Source: a virus. From it: a stretch of 64,000 nt of DNA. The translations under genes and the position numbers were made by a program. Below are positions 56,999 to 64,000 of this stretch, piece after piece (the first letter of the stretch is position 1; each line of letters begins with the position of its first letter). The stretch spans positions 1 to 64,000 of IMG/VR virus record IMGVR_UViG_3300005573_000054. The stretch is one strand, 5' to 3'. A model generated the notes under the pieces. The model had not been told where the DNA came from, searched no databases, and saw only the letters and a list, made by a program, of their open reading frames with translations.

Positions 56999-57419
56999 TC
57001 TCTCCAATTCTCCTTTTTTAGGACTGTTCTAGCGGACACGTTTACAGCGCGACGTGAGGCGTCGTCAGACGCATGTAGACGTATGATCTTCAATTTTTAT
57101 TCTCTGATAGGGGTTGGATTGAGGACTTTTTAAGTTTTCGAGTGACTCAAGTTATATATCAACAGTGTCGAGAGAGACGATATTATCAAGTGACTCAAGT
57201 AAGTGTACTAGACGTTTAAGACAACTCGAGTTACGTGTGAGAGTACAAGGGAAAAGTTTGAGATTCACGATTTAAAAACGATACCGCAGAATTTCTGAGA
57301 CGGTCTCGCTGGTTCTAGGACTACAAGGGTAATTATTCTTCTATTAGAGTGGATCAAGAGTACAAGTTTCTTCATAAGTGGTTTATCTAAAAAAATTCCA
57401 AAACGAAGGAGGATTGGCT

Positions 57420-57938
57420 ATGAAAAGGGTTATCGTAGGTTTGGTAGTGGCTATGGTGTTAGGGGTTGCTTCTTTTAGTTGTGCTATCGAACCCGTATTT
57501 TTTGCAGGAACAGGGATACATCTTGGAGAGGCAACGAAGGAGCAGGTTCTTAAACAGGTCAGGAAAGAATCACCGAGAAGTAGAATACAATGTAAACGGG
57601 TAGATTCTTCTGATGTTGAGATTTGTAGTGTGAACGATTTTATTTGGAGGAAGTCTCGTCTTGAGGTGAAGTTTAAGTCAGGTCGTCTTGCTCATACTCA
57701 GTCTTTTATTGCTGATTTACCGAGAAAAGATGTCGATAAGATTTTCGATATTTTGAAAAACGTCTTTAAAGACCCTGATGAAGTTACTACAGAAAAGAGA
57801 CCTATGTTGAATGTTATCACGTGTAGGTGGTATCTGGAGAAGTATGATACGTTGATACAGTTTTTGACAACTGAACCTCATTCAGGGACAATAGCTATAT
57901 CTTATACGTATTTGCCTTTAAGTGAAGATCAAGAGTAG
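57420..57938 (+). CDS. Exported/lipoprotein-like protein, paralog A
   Basis: AAGGAGG SD. Signal peptide MKRVIVGLVVAMVLGVASFSCA. Confidence 0.8.
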   Translation: MKRVIVGLVVAMVLGVASFSCAIEPVFFAGTGIHLGEATKEQVLKQVRKESPRSRIQCKRVDSSDVEICSVNDFIWRKSRLEVKFKSGRLAHTQSFIADLPRKDVDKIFDILKNVFKDPDEVTTEKRPMLNVITCRWYLEKYDTLIQFLTTEPHSGTIAISYTYLPLSEDQE

Positions 57939-57963
57939 TTGAGATGTGACTAACTAAATTCCT

Positions 57964-58000
57964 ATTTTTGAAGGAATAGATCATCTATTCCTTCAAAAAT
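57964..58000. repeat. 18-bp perfect inverted repeat with 1-nt centre
   Basis: ATTTTTGAAGGAATAGAT-C-ATCTATTCCTTCAAAAAT. Confidence 0.9.
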
Positions 58001-58232
58001 GTAACCGTAAGATTTCTGAGGCCGAGAGAGTTTATAATGTGATTCGAGTGACTCAAGTTGTGTATCAAGGATACAAGAAAAAAATCAGAGACTCACTGTC
58101 CTAAAAACGATACCGCAAAACTCCGCAGACGGTCTAGCGAGTTCTGAGACTACAAGGGCAATAACTTTATATTCGCTGATTAAAACTGGAAACTTTACAC
58201 AGATTCCAACTTAAACTAAAGGAGGATTGATT

Positions 58233-58757
58233 ATGAAGAAGATTATTATGAGTTTGATAGTGGTTATAGTATTAGGGGTTGCTTCTTTTAGTTGTGCTAT
58301 CGAACCCCTATTTTTGATGGAATCAGGAACTCACTTTGGAGAAGCTACAAAAGAGCAGGTTTTAAAACAACTTAAGAAACATTCTCCGAGATGTAGAATT
58401 GAATGTCCTAAACGGGTGGGTTCTTCCAGTATGGAAGTTTGTAACGCAAGTGGTTTTCCCTGGAAAGGATCAGAGTTTGAGGTGAAGTTTAAGTCGGGGC
58501 GTCTCGCATATACTCAGAACCTTGTTACTCAAGTTGCAGAAAAAGACATTGAGTTAATCATTGCTGTTATTTCTAAACAACTGGGAGATCCTGTGCAAAT
58601 CACTAAGGATAGAAAGCCTATGTTAGACGTTATTACTTATGTGTGGTTTTCTGAAGAAGATGGTATAGTAGTTCAGCTTTTGAGAACAAGTCCTCACACA
58701 GAGACAGTGGCTGTAGTCTATACATACTTACCTCTAATGAGTGAAGAGGACAGATAA
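58233..58757 (+). CDS. Exported/lipoprotein-like protein, paralog B
   Basis: Shares VLGVASFSCAIEP, GEATKEQVLKQ, EVKFKSGRLA and YTYLPL with paralog A. Confidence 0.8.
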   Translation: MKKIIMSLIVVIVLGVASFSCAIEPLFLMESGTHFGEATKEQVLKQLKKHSPRCRIECPKRVGSSSMEVCNASGFPWKGSEFEVKFKSGRLAYTQNLVTQVAEKDIELIIAVISKQLGDPVQITKDRKPMLDVITYVWFSEEDGIVVQLLRTSPHTETVAVVYTYLPLMSEEDR

Positions 58758-58777
58758 AACTAAAAAACAGAGGCCAT

Positions 58778-59665
58778 TTGATGAACGTTGAAGTAAAGTT
58801 TAGAAGGGAAAATCCAGTTTTTCGAGCTAGTTACAAGAGTAATAATCAAGGAAAGAAACGCTTGACTATACAAGAGATTCTATCAAGGATCCAAAAACAG
58901 GAATTCTTTGAAGACGAAGAGTATCTGAAGGTAAGATTCAAAGGAAAAGGTGGATGGACTGTCGCTCATGAACAAGCTAGACGGCATTGGAAACCTGAAA
59001 ATTCTCTTCCAAAACACATTCTTGAAATGAGAACACAGTCTGGATGGACAGTGGCTCATCAGATGGCTCGAGCAGGACTTTTTACAAACGACAAGGAAGT
59101 TCTTCTACTTCGTGATAAAAGCAATAATACAGTTGCTCATGTACAAGCTGGTCGTGGGTGGATTACAGAAGATCCAGAGATTCTCAGACTTGCTGATAAG
59201 AGTGGATGGACTGTTGCCCATGAGCAAGTAGAACAAGGATGGATAACAGAAAACAAGGAGGTACTCAAGTTACGTGATAAGTATGGATGGACCGTCGCCC
59301 ATAGACAAGCAAGGTATGGGTGGACGACAAATGACAAAGAGATACTCAGATTATATAACGAGGATGGATGGACTGTCGCTCATGAACAAGTTAGACGGGG
59401 ATGGATAACTGAAGACAAGGAGGTGCTCATGTTGCGTGATATCTATGGTTGGACTGTAGCTCATGAACAAGCAAAATTTGGATGGGTAACTGGAGATAAA
59501 GAAATTCTTAGACTGTCTGATAATACCGGATGGACTGTTGCTCACGTCCAGGCGGAGTCTGGGTGGATGACAGATGACTCTGAGATACTAAATCTTTCCG
59601 ACAAGGACGGAACTACTGTCTCTGAAGTTATAGATAGATTTGTCGCAAAGACGCTATCGTTTTGA
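58778..59665 (+). CDS. Outlying ankyrin-like repeat protein (same 27-aa repeat)
   Basis: DKxGWTVAHEQxxxGWIT repeats with different caps. Confidence 0.88.
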   Translation: MMNVEVKFRRENPVFRASYKSNNQGKKRLTIQEILSRIQKQEFFEDEEYLKVRFKGKGGWTVAHEQARRHWKPENSLPKHILEMRTQSGWTVAHQMARAGLFTNDKEVLLLRDKSNNTVAHVQAGRGWITEDPEILRLADKSGWTVAHEQVEQGWITENKEVLKLRDKYGWTVAHRQARYGWTTNDKEILRLYNEDGWTVAHEQVRRGWITEDKEVLMLRDIYGWTVAHEQAKFGWVTGDKEILRLSDNTGWTVAHVQAESGWMTDDSEILNLSDKDGTTVSEVIDRFVAKTLSF

Positions 59666-59694
59666 GAGATTGATCAAAGGGAGATAAGACTTCA

Positions 59695-60123
59695 ATGAAA
59701 TACTATGGTACAAGATTTATCTTCAAGTTTATCCCTGTTCCTGTGTTTATAACTAACAAGTTAAGACACAAGCAATTTCAAGGTGAAAGTTGGGTGTTTT
59801 TTGTCCTTATTAGGCCTTCAGTGCTTGAACAACATAGAGAACCTCTTATCACACATGAGCTTACTCATTGTAAATAAGCCTGGAAGTATGGAATCATTCC
59901 TTTTAAACTATTATACTGGTATTCGTCGAAATGGAGACTTAAATTTGAAATTGAAGGGTATACTACTCAATTAGTTGCTCTTTCTTTAGATGTCAGTCTA
60001 AGAAAACTAGCAATACAAGAAATGGTAAAAAGTATGTATGAGAAGTATGATCTTGGAATGTCTTATGAGGAAATTTACGATAAGTTTACTCAATACTTAA
60101 GAGAAAGAAACATTGAATTTTGA
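59695..60123 (+). pseudogene. HExxH zinc-peptidase-like gene interrupted by one in-frame TAA (59875-59877)
   Basis: LITHELTHCK*AWKYGIIPFKLLYWYSSKWRLKFEIEGY... The frame stays open for 81 more codons to the TGA at 60123. Confidence 0.75.
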
Positions 60124-60167
60124 TTTACATGTGACTTTATAATTACACACATAGAGGAGGTTTACTC

Positions 60168-60452
60168 ATGAAGCTTAGTAGATTGGAACTTTTTTTCTTG
60201 AAGTCTTTTTCAAAAAACGTTAATATTTTTATTCCAAAAAACAACTCAATGGAGTGGAAAGTGATTTCTTTCGAACCAACTATTATAGGAAAAGATCCTG
60301 AGAATGAAGAGGCTTTTAGGAAGTCTCGGAGCTTGATTAACGATATGATTAGAACATATCTTGAGACGAATTCTGAGTACTCGACTCAAGAACTAAGAAA
60401 CTTTCTTTCAGAAGAGATAAAGAAGTTGGAGAAAGGAGAACAAACCCGATGA
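60168..60452 (+). CDS. Hypothetical protein
   Basis: GAGGAGG SD. Confidence 0.7.
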   Translation: MKLSRLELFFLKSFSKNVNIFIPKNNSMEWKVISFEPTIIGKDPENEEAFRKSRSLINDMIRTYLETNSEYSTQELRNFLSEEIKKLEKGEQTR

Positions 60453-61246
60453 AATCAGAGTACATATTCAATTCACAAGAGTGGAGTTTATTTCACGGTC
60501 TTCTATCTTCTTTCAAGGACGATTTCACGGATATCATTATCCAGAAGAACAAGATTTCTCTCTACAATGATACAAATACAGGACTATATATCGTATATCC
60601 TGTTATCCCAAGTTTCGACGAAAATTTTAATTTAACTCTTAATAGTATAAGACAACTTGTTCCCATTTTTGATATTTTTAAAGGAAGTGATGAAATACGA
60701 TTAGTAGTGGATCCATCTCTTAAACAATATGTTGTTTCTGATGATATGACAAAAATTTCAATAAGATACACAGATACTATTTACAATATCAAAGCAGATA
60801 ATAGCTTCTTTTCTCATATAGAAGAGTTCAAGGATCTAAGTTTTTCCCTTCCTTCAAAGTTGTTTGGAAGAGTTATAACAATAAGCGAGAATTTCAAGAC
60901 TCCTGAAATTATTATGAAACAAGATGTTTCGTCGTTGAAGTTTAGAATCGAGTCAAATGCTAAGTATAGACACGGAGAGATCACTCTTAGAAATAGCATT
61001 ACGAAAAGGGTTCTTGATGAGATATTTGGGTCTTCTAATAAAGATGAGACAGTATTTTCTGTTATTCCGTTTATAACGATTTACTCAATAAATCCAGAGC
61101 AGGATCTCATGATAGATATTATTAAGAAACGAGACGGGACAGATGACAATGGAAAGATGCTTTTAAAACTTTCTACAGAGTCTCTGGAAAGAAAATTTTC
61201 TGTGTTTGTGTTTCAGACTTTGAGAGGGATGTTCGAAACGTTCTAA
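60449..61246 (+). CDS. Possible sliding clamp (gp45/PCNA-like)
   Basis: 265 aa with a two-fold helix/strand pattern (LNSIRQLVPIFD, SFSLPSKLFGRVI). Weak evidence. Confidence 0.4.
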   Translation: MKSEYIFNSQEWSLFHGLLSSFKDDFTDIIIQKNKISLYNDTNTGLYIVYPVIPSFDENFNLTLNSIRQLVPIFDIFKGSDEIRLVVDPSLKQYVVSDDMTKISIRYTDTIYNIKADNSFFSHIEEFKDLSFSLPSKLFGRVITISENFKTPEIIMKQDVSSLKFRIESNAKYRHGEITLRNSITKRVLDEIFGSSNKDETVFSVIPFITIYSINPEQDLMIDIIKKRDGTDDNGKMLLKLSTESLERKFSVFVFQTLRGMFETF

Positions 61247-61456
61247 ATGAAGTTGCTTATTACTTTTCTAGTTTTTCTTTTTAATATACTATCAAAGGGA
61301 ATCGTTGTCGGTTTATTACTGAAACGACTCTTGTTGACATACCTGAATGTTGATTTCCAAATTTTTGATGGTATTATTCTTGTTTTGATTTGTAATCTTC
61401 TTTTCTCTCCAGGACCTATTAACGTAGAAGACGAAAACGACGAAGGAAAGTGTTGA
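61247..61456 (+). CDS. Small two-TM membrane protein
   Basis: Two hydrophobic segments. Abuts the upstream stop. Confidence 0.55.
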   Translation: MKLLITFLVFLFNILSKGIVVGLLLKRLLLTYLNVDFQIFDGIILVLICNLLFSPGPINVEDENDEGKC

Positions 61457-61468
61457 GAAGGAGGTTCT

Positions 61469-62158
61469 ATGCAATCGACTCATAAGGGAATCTTTATTGA
61501 TTCTTACCCGATTAGTTTCGATACAGAAGAGTCTCAACATACTACAATGACATTTTTTACAACAAGATGCGAGCTGGATTGTTACGGATGTCATAACAAG
61601 ACTTCTTGGGAAAGAGACCCTAAAATTTTACAAAAAATACTAACTCCAAAAAAAGTCTTAGAAAAAGTAATTTTTTCGAGAGAAGTCCTGGGTGTTGACA
61701 TGATTTCTCTTTCTGGGGGAGAATGTACGTTGGAGCAAGAAGATATTGTTCTCTATAACAAGATGTTTTACGACGAGGGTCTTAAAGTAAGGATAGAGAC
61801 AAACGGTCAACACCCTATATCGTTGTTCTATATTCTTGAAAACTCTCCAGTGTATAAAGTTGTTATGGATGTCAAGATTTCTCCTTCGATGGACCCTGTG
61901 AAAGTTCTTAATATTCTCAAGGGAAGGAAGATACGTTTCGAGGAAAACGAGGAGAATATACGGAAAGGTTTAAAGCTTAAAGAGATCTATTTTAAACATC
62001 TTGAAAGATCTTATCTCTTTTGTCTAAAGTATTTTTGTCCTGTTTCTTTTAGAACTGTAAAATATCCACTTCTAGAAGAAAATGAAATAAGCGAAATTGA
62101 AGAGTGGTGTAAGCAAAGAAAAGCTCCGTGGAAGTTAAATAACTTTATAGAAGTTTGA
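61469..62158 (+). CDS. Radical SAM protein, probable anaerobic RNR activase (NrdG-like)
   Basis: CELDCYGCHN, SLSGGE, IETNG, MDVK and FRTV. NrdD lies two genes downstream. Confidence 0.75.
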   Translation: MQSTHKGIFIDSYPISFDTEESQHTTMTFFTTRCELDCYGCHNKTSWERDPKILQKILTPKKVLEKVIFSREVLGVDMISLSGGECTLEQEDIVLYNKMFYDEGLKVRIETNGQHPISLFYILENSPVYKVVMDVKISPSMDPVKVLNILKGRKIRFEENEENIRKGLKLKEIYFKHLERSYLFCLKYFCPVSFRTVKYPLLEENEISEIEEWCKQRKAPWKLNNFIEV

Positions 62159-62249
62159 ATTAATTCAAAGTTTTAGGTTAATTGTTTAATACTTTTTGTT
62201 AAGAGTCTGGAATTTTCATCTTTAGACAGAAAAAATAAGGAGGATAGGG

Positions 62250-63689
62250 ATGAGTAGTTTTCTGACTGTTTTTGAGTTTAGGAATAATTCTGAGGCTGAT
62301 CCTGTGACACGAAAGACGATATCAGACAAGTTTATCGAGTTCTTCGAGAAGATCGATTTCCGAGGAAGGGATCTTTTCAAATTCGTCTTTATCGACTCTT
62401 ACTCGGAAATCCACAAGGAATACAAAGATAAAGAAGAGCTTAAGAATCTTTGCAAAGATTTCTTCTCATCTCCTTCTTTTCTTGATGGTAAACCACCCTT
62501 TTTTATGGGGATCATAGGTAGCTCCATTTCTGCCTATGATTTCTATTCCAAAAATACTTCTACAGGAGTTATTAGAGCGGGGTTCGGACAGTGTATTATC
62601 TACGACGGTCTTAACGATCTTTACAAGACTGACAAGAAGACTCGACTTTTTACTGATGTGAATTTCAGAATGGAGAGTGTTTCGGGTAACTTCTGTTTTT
62701 CTGCGTACAACAGAAGAGAGGAGATGTTAATCTACGGGACAAATTATATGGAGCTCTACTCTAGACAAGATGATCATTGTATGTTTGTAACAAACGTCTA
62801 TCAGGAAGATTTTTCAAAGGTTGATATTTACACCATAAACAGAATTACTTCGACAGGGCAATCCTTTAAGGTATCTGGTCAACAACTACTTTTTGCGGAT
62901 AGAGTTATGTGTGTCTTAAGCGGGGGTCTGGACTCTACGATAGCTTTAACTTTATGTAAAAGACTTGGTTATAACGTTCACGCTGTTCATTTTAGCTATG
63001 GACAGCATTCTCAAGAAGTTGAAGTTGAATGTAGTAAAAAATTATGTCAACACTTTAATGTTCCATTGATTGTCTGTGATGTGGATAGTGTCTTTAAGAA
63101 ATTTGGATCCTCCGTTATTACTGACCTCGATTTTGTTGTTGATAGAGCTACAGATCTTGATACAATGGTTAGCTATGTTCCAGCAAGAAACACTATATTT
63201 GCTTCAATAGCTTGTGGGTTGTCTGAGAAAGCGGGGTGTTCTAAAATAGTATATGGTGCAACAATGGATGACTCGTTTACAGATTCAAGTCAAGGATTCT
63301 TCCTAAACTTAAATAAACTCTTTAAGTATTCTTCGGATGCCTTTAAAACTATTACTGTTTTAACTCCTTTTATTAACCTAACAAAGAAAGAGATTCTTCA
63401 TATTGGATACTCAATAGGTGCTCCGATTGATCTTTCGATCTCATGTTACAACCCACAGAAAATCGACGGTGTCTGGTATCAATGTGGAAACTGTGCGAGT
63501 GATGCCTTAAGAGAGTACTCACATAAACTTCTCGGTATTGTAGATCCAGTACCTTACCTAACGAAGCCGTTTTCTGAATACTATAAGTCTGTTAAAGAGG
63601 TTTATCCGGATTGGGAATCTTTAAGAAATTCTCCCCTTTCTTTGATAAATAGACAAAGCATTCCCTTCTATAAGTACCTCTCTTTATAA
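62250..63689 (+). CDS. queC: QueC (preQ0 synthase) fused to a degenerate N-terminal glutamine-amidotransferase-like domain
   Basis: VLSGGLDST, FSYGQ, SYVPARNTIF, PFINLTKKEI and SCY..CGNCASD. The ~215-aa N-terminal extension has RGRD and GNFCFS, but Ser in place of the Ntn Cys. Confidence 0.85.
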   Translation: MSSFLTVFEFRNNSEADPVTRKTISDKFIEFFEKIDFRGRDLFKFVFIDSYSEIHKEYKDKEELKNLCKDFFSSPSFLDGKPPFFMGIIGSSISAYDFYSKNTSTGVIRAGFGQCIIYDGLNDLYKTDKKTRLFTDVNFRMESVSGNFCFSAYNRREEMLIYGTNYMELYSRQDDHCMFVTNVYQEDFSKVDIYTINRITSTGQSFKVSGQQLLFADRVMCVLSGGLDSTIALTLCKRLGYNVHAVHFSYGQHSQEVEVECSKKLCQHFNVPLIVCDVDSVFKKFGSSVITDLDFVVDRATDLDTMVSYVPARNTIFASIACGLSEKAGCSKIVYGATMDDSFTDSSQGFFLNLNKLFKYSSDAFKTITVLTPFINLTKKEILHIGYSIGAPIDLSISCYNPQKIDGVWYQCGNCASDALREYSHKLLGIVDPVPYLTKPFSEYYKSVKEVYPDWESLRNSPLSLINRQSIPFYKYLSL

Positions 63690-63713
63690 CTAACTGTGGA
63701 GGTTTTTTCTCAA

Positions 63714-64000
63714 ATGGCGGATAGTTTTGATAGGTTCAAGAGACTGATTGACGAGTTCATAAAAAACGCGGATATAGCGAAGCAAAATGCTAACTTTGTT
63801 AGGAGTATTCCAGTATTAGAACATATTTTGGTTAGTGAAATTTGTAAAGAATATCTTTTTTCAGAAATATGTTCCACTATTCCTCTGAGTGATCTTCACA
63901 GAGAAGGATGGGTCTACGTTCATCAGACACATAAACTTAGTCCGTATTGTCTTGGGTTGAGTTCAAGAGATATAGCTGAGTGGGGTCTTTTCTCTCTCGC
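63714..64000 (+). CDS. nrdD: Class III (anaerobic) ribonucleotide reductase, 3'-truncated by the window edge
   Basis: My translation gives MADSFDRFKRLIDEF..QNANF..DLHREGWVYVHQTHKLSPYC, matching NrdD ENAN / H..G.IxxH...PYC. GGAGG SD. Confidence 0.75.
   Translation, partial: MADSFDRFKRLIDEFIKNADIAKQNANFVRSIPVLEHILVSEICKEYLFSEICSTIPLSDLHREGWVYVHQTHKLSPYCLGLSSRDIAEWGLFSL

Noticed and set aside
56660-57270. tRNA or other known structured RNA in the GC-richer non-coding stretch
   Set aside because: No cloverleaf or T-loop GTTC(G/A)A consensus in a proper context was recognisable. An Infernal/tRNAscan run would be needed to exclude it.
61469-62158. Second queE
   Set aside because: Although it is next to queC, its motifs (CxxxCYGCHN, MDVK, FRT) and the nearby nrdD fit an RNR activase better. 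8492..9226 is the better QueE.
1-64000. Alternative genetic code (stop-codon reassignment)
   Set aside because: Conserved genes are intact in code 11, and TAA, TAG and TGA all end genes at homologous C-termini. Only one isolated internal TAA was found.

Overview
This 64 kb window comes from a large (jumbo-type) tailed phage, about 35-40% GC by eye, with strong AGGAGG(T) ribosome-binding sites and nearly all genes on the + strand. It encodes a T4-superfamily head module whose genes are scattered among unrelated ones (gp23-like capsid, gp20-like portal, gp21-like protease, gp17-like terminase). It also encodes Mre11/Rad50 nucleases, a dispersed 7-deazaguanine pathway (folE, queD, queE, Gat-like/QueC fusion), SAM decarboxylase, class III RNR with a probable activase, two MoxR/vWA-zincin pairs and a multisubunit RNA polymerase. 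Most notable: (1) a ~13 kb tandem array of 14 paralogous genes built from a 27-aa ankyrin-like repeat with a fixed framework, hypervariable turn/helix positions and clear module shuffling, directly behind a MoxR-vWA-peptidase pair, resembling a natural DARPin-like binder library; (2) the RNAP beta' subunit is broken immediately after the catalytic NADFDGD motif by an atypically split intein (44-aa IntN starting with Ser, 155-aa IntC ending in Asp), with an unrelated gene between the halves; (3) a strongly strand-polarised CAAG motif saturates coding sequence from ~38.2 kb onward; (4) duplicated putative small RNAs with anti-Shine-Dalgarno sequence, duplicated 19-aa membrane peptides, and a repeat-rich ~2.8 kb non-coding region that looks like a replication origin. 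All assignments come from motif recognition by eye; no database search was run.
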